From Lysobacterales bacterium (GTDB lineage: Bacteria > Pseudomonadota > Gammaproteobacteria > Xanthomonadales > Rhodanobacteraceae): DNA of 64,000 nucleotides. Below are positions 10,926 through 19,666 of this stretch, piece by piece. The stretch covers positions 11,905 through 75,904 of the forward strand of contig JBBRTT010000010.1 in NCBI GenBank assembly GCA_038244165.1, read 5' to 3'. The notes under the pieces were generated by a model, which saw only the letters and a program-made list of their open reading frames with translations, ran no database searches and was not told the origin of the DNA. Both the position numbers and the translations under genes were made by a program. Position 1 is the first letter of the stretch, and every line of letters starts with the position of its first letter.

Positions 10926-11154
10926 GCGCGAGCTGCTCCACTGCGTTGGTCGGCCCGCAATGGATGCGAACCTTCCCTGGTGGGTGGCGCCGGCCCGCGC
11001 ATCCGTGCGCGGTCGCTCGCCGTCGCGCGCGATGCGCGTCAACGCATCGCGCAAGCGCGCCGGCTCGCCCACAGCGGCACGCGCACATGTAGCACGTCGT
11101 CGTCTTGACATCGTCGCCGACGGGCTCGTTGAGTTTGAGATTCGCGTGCGGCAT
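10840..11154. repeat. Diverged direct repeat (10840-10925 and 11069-11154) of the first 86 nt of soeA
   Basis: Manual alignment shows 12 mismatches in 86 nt. The copies encode MPHADLRLNEPVGDEVKTTTCYMCACRC and MPHANLKLNEPVGDDVKTTTCYMCACRC. Confidence 0.92.
11023..11052. repeat. Palindromic REP-like element, copy 1
   Basis: TCGCGCGCGATGCGCGTCAACGCATCGCGC is 29/30 identical to 43269-43298 and forms a GCGCGATGCG/CGCATCGCGC hairpin. Confidence 0.75.
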
Positions 11155-11239
11155 ACGCGCACATGATAGCGGATTGGGCTGCGGACGCCGTGCGGCGCGG
11201 CAGGCGCGCGCTATACTTTGGTCACGCCGGGGAGCGACG

Positions 11240-12025
11240 ATGCGTTGGCTCAATCTGCTGTTTGTACTTGCGGTCAACGCCGTGCCACTGGTCGGCGTCA
11301 AATACTACGACTGGTCGGCGCTCACCGTGGTGGCGCTCTACTGGGTCGAGAATTTGCTGGTCGCGATATTCACCTGCGCGCGCATCCTGCTGCATCGCGC
11401 GCTGACGCGCAAACGCGGGCACTGGCGCACCAATCAGCTCGGCGTCAAGGTCAACGAGAAACCGAGTGGGCTGGGCCTGTTCGGCGAATATGCAACGATC
11501 GCTTTCGTATTCACTTTGGCGCATGGCATCTTCGTCGGCGCATTCATCCTTATCGCCAGCCAGAACCACCCGAACGAACCACTTTGGGTAATCTCGGGCG
11601 AGCAGGTTCGGCAAGGCGCGCAGTGGATGGCAGGTGCAATGACACTTGAACTGCTCATCGACGCAGCGACGATGCGCGCGCGCAGTTTTGCCTGGATCAA
11701 GTCCTATGTGGGAAAGCGCATGGGCCGCGTGCTAGTCATGCATCTGGCCATTATCTTCGGCATGTTGGGCATGATGGCGACCGAATCTCCCCTTGCCGTG
11801 CTGTATGTGCTGATCGCGCTCAAGATCTTGTGGGACCTGGCTTCCAGCACGGCTGGAGCAAAGGTAAGCGACCTGCCCGCGCAACCGCCGGCCTGGCTGG
11901 GCAAACTGGCCGATAAGGTCGGCAAGGATCAAGGCGGCGCTGCGAAGATGGCCGCCGACTGGCAGCACAATATCGAGCAGGCAAAGCGCGCCGCGATCCT
12001 GGACGAGGAAGTCATGCCGAGGTGA
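11240..12025 (+). CDS. DUF6498-like membrane protein
   Basis: ATG 11240 after GGAG. LAVNAVPLVGV..YDWS..TVVALYWVEN and RVLVMHLAIIFG motifs. Confidence 0.75.
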   Translation: MRWLNLLFVLAVNAVPLVGVKYYDWSALTVVALYWVENLLVAIFTCARILLHRALTRKRGHWRTNQLGVKVNEKPSGLGLFGEYATIAFVFTLAHGIFVGAFILIASQNHPNEPLWVISGEQVRQGAQWMAGAMTLELLIDAATMRARSFAWIKSYVGKRMGRVLVMHLAIIFGMLGMMATESPLAVLYVLIALKILWDLASSTAGAKVSDLPAQPPAWLGKLADKVGKDQGGAAKMAADWQHNIEQAKRAAILDEEVMPR

Positions 12026-12049
12026 CGGCCGCTCGCGTACCATAGCGGC

Positions 12050-13018
12050 ATGGACCGCTACGAACGCATCTCCACCCTGCACCGGATTCTGAAATCTTCG
12101 CGCTATCCGGTACCCCTGGCGCGGTTGATGGACGAACTGAGTTGTTCGCGCGCGACCGCGTACCGTGATATCGCGTTCCTGCGCGACGCGCTCGGTGCGC
12201 CGATCGACAGCGACGGCGATCAGGCCGCGTTCCATTACGCGACGGGGGAGGCCGAACGCTTCGAATTGCCCGGTTTGTGGTTGACCAGCGAAGAGCTGCA
12301 GGCATTGTTGGCGCTGAACGAGCTCGTGGGCCGCACCGGCCCCGGCATTCTCTCCAGTGCGCTTGCGCCGTTCCGCACGCGCATCGATCGCTTGTTGTCT
12401 GACCAGAACGACGGCAAGAATTTTCCGCTCGAGCGCATCCGCGTGATCGGCAGCGGCACGCGCAAGGTGGACGAATCCACCTTCCGGCATGTGGCCAGCG
12501 CGGTGCTCGGACGCAAACGCCTGAAGTTCAACTATCGCGCGCGTTCAACCAACGAGCCGACTGCGCGCACGGTATCGCCGCAGCGCCTGACCCATTACCG
12601 CGACAACTGGTATCTGGACGCCTGGGATCATCAGCGCGAAGGCCTGCGCAGCTTTGCCTTGGATCGCATCGCGCGCGCCGAAGTGCAGGATGAGGCCGCG
12701 CTCGATCGCGAGGAATCCGAACTCAACCAGCATCTGGCGTCGAGCTACGGCATTTTCTCCGGCGCGCCGAAAGCGATGGCGACAATTCGTTTCTCGCCGC
12801 ACGCGGCGCGCTGGGTTGCCGACGAGCACTGGCATTCGCAGCAGCAGGGACAATGGCTCAGCGACGGCCGCTACGAATTGAAACTGCCGTACAGCAATTC
12901 ACGCGAGCTGTTGATGGATGTGCTTAAGTACGGCCCCGATGCCGAAATCGTCGCGCCGGTATCGCTGCGCGAAGAGATGAGGATCATGCTGCAGTTGGCG
13001 ATCGGGGCGTACCAGTAA
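12050..13018 (+). CDS. HTH-WYL-WCX transcriptional regulator (YafY/PafBC/DriD-like)
   Basis: N-terminal wHTH (SRATAYRDIAFLR), WYL core (YRDNWYLDAWD...RSFALDRI), C-terminal WCX (LKYGPDAEIVAP). Confidence 0.92.
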   Translation: MDRYERISTLHRILKSSRYPVPLARLMDELSCSRATAYRDIAFLRDALGAPIDSDGDQAAFHYATGEAERFELPGLWLTSEELQALLALNELVGRTGPGILSSALAPFRTRIDRLLSDQNDGKNFPLERIRVIGSGTRKVDESTFRHVASAVLGRKRLKFNYRARSTNEPTARTVSPQRLTHYRDNWYLDAWDHQREGLRSFALDRIARAEVQDEAALDREESELNQHLASSYGIFSGAPKAMATIRFSPHAARWVADEHWHSQQQGQWLSDGRYELKLPYSNSRELLMDVLKYGPDAEIVAPVSLREEMRIMLQLAIGAYQ

Positions 13019-13020
13019 CT

Positions 13021-13998
13021 CTACGCGCTTGCCGTCGGCAGTTGCGCTGCGGGTGACGGTGTCCCTACCTCCCGCGCCTTCTGCGTCAACTTGCGGAACT
13101 TGTCCGACATCGATTCGAGTTTCGCGCTCCACTCCGGATTCGGCGTCTGTCCGGCGGTGATCTTGTCGTAGACCTGGATCAGGGCGACGGTCGCAAACGG
13201 ATCGATCAGTGCAGCCTTCAGGCTCAACGCTGCAATCGCGGCAAGGGCGAAGGTCACAATGCCTGCATGGACGTGAAACAGGCCGATCAGTGCGGCGATC
13301 GGCGCGATCACGAGCAACAGAATGACGAGCGTCAATCCCCAGATGATAAAGGTCAGGAACGCAGCGTTCTTGAGTACACTTTTATAATTTTGCGCGTAGA
13401 GCACGGTGCTGTCGCGCGCTATCGCCCAAGGATTATCCGTTTGCTTGCGCAGGATCTGCGCGAGGATCACCTGATCCAGATGACTCAAGCTGGTGTTGAT
13501 GACTGCATCGGCCAATTTCACGAGTACATCCAGGCCGGGAATCGGTAACCACGAGGCGATGCTCACGGTAATCCGGTTGAACGCGCGCAGGATGCCGCGG
13601 ATCAACTGGTTCAGACCGAACAGCATCGATGAGGTGGCGAAATGCTGCTTGACGATCGTCGTCGCGAAATCGATCTGACTCTTGCCGCCGGGAATCTGCC
13701 GGCCGTCCATGAGTTCGACCAGCACCGCGATATGTCCGGCTTTGACCAGGTACAAAAGGTATTCGCGCGCCCAGTACAGGATGCCGCTGATGATGACGAA
13801 GCCGATCAGGCCACCGATGCCTGCGCCGCCGCCGCCGTTGCTGCCGATCGAGCCGAACAGATAGCCCATGCCGCTGCCGACGCCGACCGCGACAATGTAC
13901 GCGAGGGTGATGCCGATGTAGACGACCAGGCGCAACAGCACGAAAGGCAGGGTGCGGACAAGCAAGCCGAAGATCTGGCCGGTGCGGAAATCGAGCAT
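13021..13998 (-). CDS. Conserved hypothetical membrane protein
   Basis: 325-aa ORF with several TM segments and plausible high-GC coding pattern; no catalytic motif recognised. Confidence 0.75.
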   Translation of the reverse strand: MLDFRTGQIFGLLVRTLPFVLLRLVVYIGITLAYIVAVGVGSGMGYLFGSIGSNGGGGAGIGGLIGFVIISGILYWAREYLLYLVKAGHIAVLVELMDGRQIPGGKSQIDFATTIVKQHFATSSMLFGLNQLIRGILRAFNRITVSIASWLPIPGLDVLVKLADAVINTSLSHLDQVILAQILRKQTDNPWAIARDSTVLYAQNYKSVLKNAAFLTFIIWGLTLVILLLVIAPIAALIGLFHVHAGIVTFALAAIAALSLKAALIDPFATVALIQVYDKITAGQTPNPEWSAKLESMSDKFRKLTQKAREVGTPSPAAQLPTASA

Positions 13999-14126
13999 GA
14001 CGGGGTCCTGAGTGTGGATGTTTTTGGGCTAAGGTAACCGGCAAAGCCGAACTATAGAACCATGCAGGTGTTCGTGTTCATGCAGTTGCTGGTTCAGAAT
14101 GAGGATACGACAAGAGGTCGCTGCAC

Positions 14127-15149
14127 ATGACATCACCCACAGTTTCCTTGGTGCTCGGCTCCGGCGGCGCGCGCGGTTACGCACATATCGGCGCGATCGA
14201 AGAGTTGCTCGCCCAGGGCTATGACATCCGCTGCATCGCCGGCTCTTCGATGGGTGCGCTGATCGGTGGCGTGTACGCGGCCGGCCAGCTCGATGCGTAT
14301 CGCGATTGGGCCAAGGCGCTGCAGCGATTCGACGTGCTGCGTCTGCTTGACTGGACGTTCACCGGCGGCGGCCTGATCAAGGGCGACCGCATCATCGCCA
14401 AACTCAAGGACCTGATCGGCGAAATCAACATCGAGGACCTGCCGCTGAGCTATACCGCAGTGGCGGTGGACCTGATGGCCCAGCGCGAAGTCTGGTTTTC
14501 GTGCGGCTCGCTGTTCGAGGCGATCCGCGCCTCGATCGCGATTCCGACCGTATTCCGGCCGCACCACTATCAGGGGCGCACGCTCGTCGATGGCGGCCTG
14601 CTCAATCCCGTGCCGATCACGCCGACGCTGCGCGATCTCACCGATTGCACCATTGCGGTCGACGTCAACGCGCCGGCCGAGGCGCTGGATGGTGGGGCGG
14701 GTGGCGAAACGCCGACGGACAAGTCGCCGGTAGATGCAACCTTCGGCAGCACGACCGCCACGCTGCCGCCGGCCGGCGCACCGCCGGTGATGGATTCCGC
14801 CTCGGCTGAGGGGACGGAATCAGCGGCGCTGGTGCCCAACGGCGATACCGTGCAGTCGCCGACCTACCGGCAGAGAATTGGCGAAGTCATCGACGGCTTG
14901 AAGCGCGACAAGAAGCCGCCGCAGGAACCCGATCCGGGCATCCTGGAATTGTTCGCGCGTTCGCTGGATGTGGTGCAGGAAACGATCACGCGCTTCAAGC
15001 TGGCCGCGCAACCGCCGGATCTGGTCATTTCCATTCCACGCAATGCTTGCGCCTTCTATGAATTCCATCGCGCCGAGGAGTTGATCGAGCTGGGTCGTCT
15101 GCGCACGCGCCAGGCGCTGAAGCATTTTCGCAGCACCGACAAGCACTGA
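14127..15149 (+). CDS. Patatin-like phospholipase (RssA family)
   Basis: LVLGSGGARG, GSSMG nucleophile elbow, VDGG; internal low-complexity insert. Confidence 0.92.
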   Translation: MTSPTVSLVLGSGGARGYAHIGAIEELLAQGYDIRCIAGSSMGALIGGVYAAGQLDAYRDWAKALQRFDVLRLLDWTFTGGGLIKGDRIIAKLKDLIGEINIEDLPLSYTAVAVDLMAQREVWFSCGSLFEAIRASIAIPTVFRPHHYQGRTLVDGGLLNPVPITPTLRDLTDCTIAVDVNAPAEALDGGAGGETPTDKSPVDATFGSTTATLPPAGAPPVMDSASAEGTESAALVPNGDTVQSPTYRQRIGEVIDGLKRDKKPPQEPDPGILELFARSLDVVQETITRFKLAAQPPDLVISIPRNACAFYEFHRAEELIELGRLRTRQALKHFRSTDKH

Positions 15150-15221
15150 AGGTTCGATCCATTTCGCGCGGCTGGCGCCGGGCAAGTAGAATTGACCAAT
15201 GTCTGACGGGTGGGTGCAACC

Positions 15222-16445
15222 GTGAACGCAACGCCGACGACCCTTCGCGAAAGCAACCCCAGCGGTACGGCGTTGAGCGTGCTTTTCGCCGTCAGCTTCT
15301 GCCATTTCCTCAACGACTTGATCCAGTCGCTGTTGCCGGCAATCTATCCGCTGCTGAAGACGCAATATGCACTGGATTTCGGCCAGATCGGCCTGCTTAC
15401 GTTCACGTTCCAGGTCACCGCGTCGCTGCTGCAACCCCTGATAGGCGCCTACACCGATCGCCGTCCGCTGCCGTATTCGCTGCCGATCGGCATGAGTTTC
15501 ACCCTGTGTGGCTTGCTCTTGCTGGCGCTGGCGTCGAACTTCTCGCTGCTGCTGCTGGCGGCTGCCCTTGTCGGCACCGGGTCGTCGGTGTTCCACCCTG
15601 AATCCTCGCGCATCGCGCGACTGGCCTCCGGCGGCCGCCATGGATTCGCGCAATCGGTGTTCCAGGTCGGCGGCAATGCGGGCTCGGCCGCGGGGCCGTT
15701 GCTCGCGGCGTTCATCGTGTTGCCGTTTGGTCAGCGCAGCATCGCCTGGTTTTCGCTAGTCGCCTTGCTCGGCATCGTGCTGCTGACCCGGGTGGGCGGC
15801 TGGTATCGCAGGCACGTGCTGACCCGCAGTCCAGCGCATCCGCCGCATGCACATGCGCTGCCGACGCATCGAGTCTGGATCGCGGTCGCGGTGCTGCTGG
15901 CGCTGATCTTCTCCAAGTATTTTTATCTGGCGAGTCTGGTCAGCTACTACACCTTTTACCTGATCAGCCATTTCGGTGTGTCGGTGCAAAGTGCACAATT
16001 GCATTTGTTCCTTTTTCTCGGTGCGGTCGCGCTGGGTACCCTGGTCGGCGGCCCCGTCGGCGACCGCATCGGCCGCAAGTACGTCATCTGGGTGTCGATC
16101 CTCGGCGTGCTGCCGTTCACTTTGCTTTTGCCGCACGCCAACCTGTTCTGGACCAGCGTGCTCAGCGTGGTGATCGGCCTGATTCTGTCCTCGGCTTTTT
16201 CGGCGATCCTGGTGTATGCGCAGGAATTGCTGCCGGGCAAGGTCGGCATGATCGCCGGCCTGTTCTTCGGCTTCGCGTTCGGCATGGGTGGCCTCGCCGC
16301 GGCGCTGCTGGGCGAGCTCGCGGATGCGACCAGCATCGAATTTGTATACAAGATTTGTGCGTATCTGCCGGCGATTGGGTTGTTGACCGTCCTGCTGCCC
16401 AATCTGCACCGGACCGATTCGAACCAGGCAAGCGCTGGCGTGTAG
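15222..16445 (+). CDS. fsr: MFS transporter, fosmidomycin-resistance (Fsr) family
   Basis: CHFLNDLIQSLLPAIYP, GSSVFHPESSR, GGPVGDRIGRK; about 12 TM helices. Start uncertain (15210 or 15222). Confidence 0.85.
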   Translation: MNATPTTLRESNPSGTALSVLFAVSFCHFLNDLIQSLLPAIYPLLKTQYALDFGQIGLLTFTFQVTASLLQPLIGAYTDRRPLPYSLPIGMSFTLCGLLLLALASNFSLLLLAAALVGTGSSVFHPESSRIARLASGGRHGFAQSVFQVGGNAGSAAGPLLAAFIVLPFGQRSIAWFSLVALLGIVLLTRVGGWYRRHVLTRSPAHPPHAHALPTHRVWIAVAVLLALIFSKYFYLASLVSYYTFYLISHFGVSVQSAQLHLFLFLGAVALGTLVGGPVGDRIGRKYVIWVSILGVLPFTLLLPHANLFWTSVLSVVIGLILSSAFSAILVYAQELLPGKVGMIAGLFFGFAFGMGGLAAALLGELADATSIEFVYKICAYLPAIGLLTVLLPNLHRTDSNQASAGV

Positions 16446-16553
16446 ATTTTTCAATCGCCTTGTTCAGATTCTTGCCGAGGTCGTCCTTCGGTTGACCCGC
16501 GCGTATCCGCGGAGCATGATCGCGAAAATTGTTTCGATGGGATGGGGGAGAAC

Positions 16554-17189
16554 ATGATGAATAAAAACAAATTGGCATGCGGTTCGGGGCTATGCGGCTT
16601 GGGACTGGCCCTTTTTTCAACGCTGGCGGTTGCTGGCAACGGTTTCTGCAATCTGGCGGCGATTTCCATCGACGATGCCACCACGTCTACGCCCTATCCG
16701 TCGTCGATTGTGGTCAGCGGCGCACCTGGAAGCATCACCAGCGTCGACGTAACGCTCAACAGCTTCAGCCACACGTTCCCGGATGATGTCGCCATTGCCT
16801 TGGTCGGCCCCGGCGGGCAGGCGTTGCTGTTGCAGGATGGTGCCGGCGACGATCCGGACATGGTGAACGTCACTTACAGTTTCGCCGACGCCGGTGCCAC
16901 GCAACTCCCGACCGCGACGGCCTGGACTGCAGGTACGTACAAACCGACTACCTATTTCACCGGCGATAATTTCCCCGCGCCCGGACCGGGCACGACCTAT
17001 GGAAACCCAGGCCCGGCCGGTGCCGGAACGGCAACATTCGCCTCCATCTACGGCGCGACCAACGCCAATGGAACCTGGAATCTGTATGTCGAAGATCTCA
17101 CCGGTGGCGACAGCGGTTCGATCTCCGGCGGCTGGTGCATTAACTTCGTCGGAACGCCAGTGAGGTTGCAAGACTTCTCTGTCGACTAA
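16554..17189 (+). CDS. Secreted protein with a proprotein-convertase P-domain-like fold
   Basis: Signal peptide; ITSVDVTL..FSHTFPDD..IALVGP and NGTWNLYVED..GGDSGSISGW; ends in TPVRLQDFSVD. Confidence 0.75.
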   Translation: MMNKNKLACGSGLCGLGLALFSTLAVAGNGFCNLAAISIDDATTSTPYPSSIVVSGAPGSITSVDVTLNSFSHTFPDDVAIALVGPGGQALLLQDGAGDDPDMVNVTYSFADAGATQLPTATAWTAGTYKPTTYFTGDNFPAPGPGTTYGNPGPAGAGTATFASIYGATNANGTWNLYVEDLTGGDSGSISGGWCINFVGTPVRLQDFSVD

Positions 17190-17207
17190 AGTTATCCGCA
17201 CCTCGGC

Positions 17208-17241
17208 AAAAAAAGGGCCGGCATTGCCGGCCCTTTTTATT
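17208..17241. terminator. Bidirectional intrinsic terminator between the P-domain gene and rho
   Basis: AAAAAAAGGGCCGGCA-T-TGCCGGCCCTTTTTATT. Confidence 0.88.
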
Positions 17242-17272
17242 TCAGAGTGCGATGACTACGTGCTGATGACAA

Positions 17273-18904
17273 TCAGCCGCGCTTCATCGAATTGAAGAAC
17301 TCGTCGTTTGACTTGGTGTTCTTCATCTTGTCGAGCATGAATTCCATCGCCGCCAGCTCATCCATCGGATGCAGCAGTTTGCGCAGGATCCAGATTTTTT
17401 GCAGCATGTCCGGTTCGATCAGCAGCTCTTCGCGGCGTGTGCCGGAGCGGTTGATGTTGATCGACGGGTACACGCGTTTTTCCGAGATGCGGCGATCCAG
17501 GTGCACTTCCATGTTGCCGGTGCCCTTGAATTCTTCGTAGATCACCTCGTCCATCTTCGAGCCGGTTTCCACCAGCGCGGTGGCGAGAATGGTCAGCGAG
17601 CCGCCTTCCTCGACGTTGCGCGCGGCGCCGAAGAAACGCTTCGGGCGTTGCAGCGCATTCGCGTCGACGCCGCCGGTCAGCACCTTGCCGGAGGCCGGCA
17701 CCACGGTGTTGTAGGCGCGCGCCAGGCGCGTGATCGAATCGAGCAGGATGACGACATCTTTCTTGTGTTCGACCAGACGTTTGGCGCGTTCGATCACCAT
17801 CTCGGCGACCTGCACGTGACGCACGGCCGGCTCGTCGAAAGTCGAGGAAACGACTTCGGCGCGCACGCCGCGCTGCATTTCGGTGACTTCTTCCGGGCGC
17901 TCGTCGATAAGCAGGATGATCAGGTGCACGTCCGGATGATTGTGCACGATGGCTTGCGCCACGTTCTGCAGCATCATCGTCTTGCCCGCCTTGGGCTGCG
18001 AGACGATCAGGCCGCGCTGGCCGCGTCCGACCGGAGCAATCAGGTCGAGGATGCGGCCGGTGATGTCCTCGGTCGAGCCGTTGCCGCGTTCCAAATGGAA
18101 CATCTTGCGCGGAAACAGCGGTGTGAGGTTCTCGAACAGGATCTTGGTCTTTGACGCTTCCGGCGGCTCGTCGTTGATGTTGTCGACTTTGAGCAGGGCG
18201 AAATAGCGCTCGCCTTCCTTCGGCGGACGGATGCGTCCGGTGATGTAGTCGCCGGTGCGCAGGTTGAAGCGGCGGATCTGCGAGGGCGAGATGTAGATAT
18301 CGTCGGGGCCGGCCAGGTACGACTCATCCGGACCGCGCAGGAAGCCGAAACCGTCCTGCAGGATTTCCAGCACGCCTTCGCCGTAGATACTGCCGCCGGC
18401 GCGCGCATGCGCCTTCAGGATCAGGAACACGATGTCCTGTTTGCGTGCGCGTGCGACGCCTTCCTGGATGCCCAAACTCTCCGCGAGCGTCAGCAGTTCG
18501 GCTGCCGGCTTGCGCTTGAGCTCGTTCAGGTCGATCACGATGCCGGCATTGGGGCCGCCGCGGTTTTCGTAATTTTCGTCGCTTTCTTCGGCTTGCGCGG
18601 CTTGCTGTTGCTGCTGATGCTGTGGATGCCGCGGGCCACGCGGACGCGGTCCGCGATCGCGCCGGCCCTGATGGCGGTTGTTGTCCTGCTGACGATTTTC
18701 GCCGCCGCCTTGTGGATCGGCCGCCTGGCCGCTCTGCGCCTCCGGCGCAAGGTTTTCCGCGGGTGGCGGAGCATCAGAATCGGCATCAGCTTGTTGCTGT
18801 TGCTGTTGCTGTCGCGCCGGGCGCTGACGCGCTTCCGGACGGGGTTCGGTCGGACGGATTTCGCCGTTCTCGTTGCCTTCGGGGGTGCTAATAGGATCGG
18901 ACAC
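17273..18904 (-). CDS. rho: Transcription termination factor Rho with a Q/E/R-rich N-terminal extension
   Basis: [22 protein letters not shown]-loop, [23 protein letters not shown]. Confidence 0.98.
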   Translation of the reverse strand: MSDPISTPEGNENGEIRPTEPRPEARQRPARQQQQQQQADADSDAPPPAENLAPEAQSGQAADPQGGGENRQQDNNRHQGRRDRGPRPRGPRHPQHQQQQQAAQAEESDENYENRGGPNAGIVIDLNELKRKPAAELLTLAESLGIQEGVARARKQDIVFLILKAHARAGGSIYGEGVLEILQDGFGFLRGPDESYLAGPDDIYISPSQIRRFNLRTGDYITGRIRPPKEGERYFALLKVDNINDEPPEASKTKILFENLTPLFPRKMFHLERGNGSTEDITGRILDLIAPVGRGQRGLIVSQPKAGKTMMLQNVAQAIVHNHPDVHLIILLIDERPEEVTEMQRGVRAEVVSSTFDEPAVRHVQVAEMVIERAKRLVEHKKDVVILLDSITRLARAYNTVVPASGKVLTGGVDANALQRPKRFFGAARNVEEGGSLTILATALVETGSKMDEVIYEEFKGTGNMEVHLDRRISEKRVYPSININRSGTRREELLIEPDMLQKIWILRKLLHPMDELAAMEFMLDKMKNTKSNDEFFNSMKRG

Positions 18905-19084
18905 AGACGGACCTCATGGGTGCCGTTAAATTACGGAGGGTTGAAGTATCGGGGATGAAACAGCGAGGGCGATCGCCCTCGCGGATACGCATTAACTTAG
19001 CACTACGGCGCGCAAGCGTCTAGGGCTTTCGCGCCACATTGGATATTTCTTGCTTTTGTCACCTCGCAGGCAGTCGCGCGGCGC

Positions 19085-19411
19085 CTACAGCGCCTTGTCG
19101 ATCATCTGCGCCAGTTGGGTCTTGCTCACGGCGCCGATCTGGGTTGCCTCGACCTTGCCGTTCTTGAAAATCATCAGGGTCGGAATACCGCGCACATTGT
19201 AGTTGCGCGGGGTCTTCTGGTTGTGGTCGATATTGATCTTGGCGATCTTGAGTCTGCCGGCGTAACTGGTGGCCAGTTCGTCAAGCATTGGCGCGATCAT
19301 CTTGCAGGGGCCGCACCATTCCGCCCAGAAATCCACCAGCACCGGCTCGCTGGACTTCAGCACCTGTTCTTCGAATTGGTCGTCGCTGACCTGGGCAATG
19401 GCTGCACTCAA
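19085..19411 (-). CDS. trxA: Thioredoxin 1
   Basis: [11 protein letters not shown]; TTG start at 19411 after GGAG gives 108 aa; rho-trxA-rhlB synteny. Confidence 0.96.
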   Translation of the reverse strand: MSAAIAQVSDDQFEEQVLKSSEPVLVDFWAEWCGPCKMIAPMLDELATSYAGRLKIAKINIDHNQKTPRNYNVRGIPTLMIFKNGKVEATQIGAVSKTQLAQMIDKAL

Positions 19412-19666
19412 TGTTGTTCTCCACGTTCGTTGATGGCGCAAAATGCAGCGGTCGGGCCGCGCTTGGGCTACACTGGCGCCATTGCGCTCGTGCGTAGGCT
19501 TCAAGCTCCGGTCACCGGCAGCCATTTGAGCCCAAGCCGCCGTGCAATTCAAGTTGGGCCGCGTGCGCACGGATTCAAGACACTACGAAGCAGGCGTAGC
19601 GTTGACCGCACAGCGGCACACATCCTTACAACCATGGCCGTCAACCGGCCCACGATTTCCCAAAGA

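Noticed and set aside
10926-11162. 991-aa version of SoeA from the ORF track
   Set aside because: The extra N-terminus reads the duplicated segment out of frame and runs through a palindromic repeat. ATG 10925 gives the canonical start just before the Fe-S motif.
18997-19004. TTAGCACT half-CIRCE in the rho leader
   Set aside because: There is no matching second arm at 9-nt spacing.
19115-19666. 184-aa N-terminal extension of RhlB
   Set aside because: It overlaps trxA on the opposite strand; the helicase homology starts at ATG 19667.
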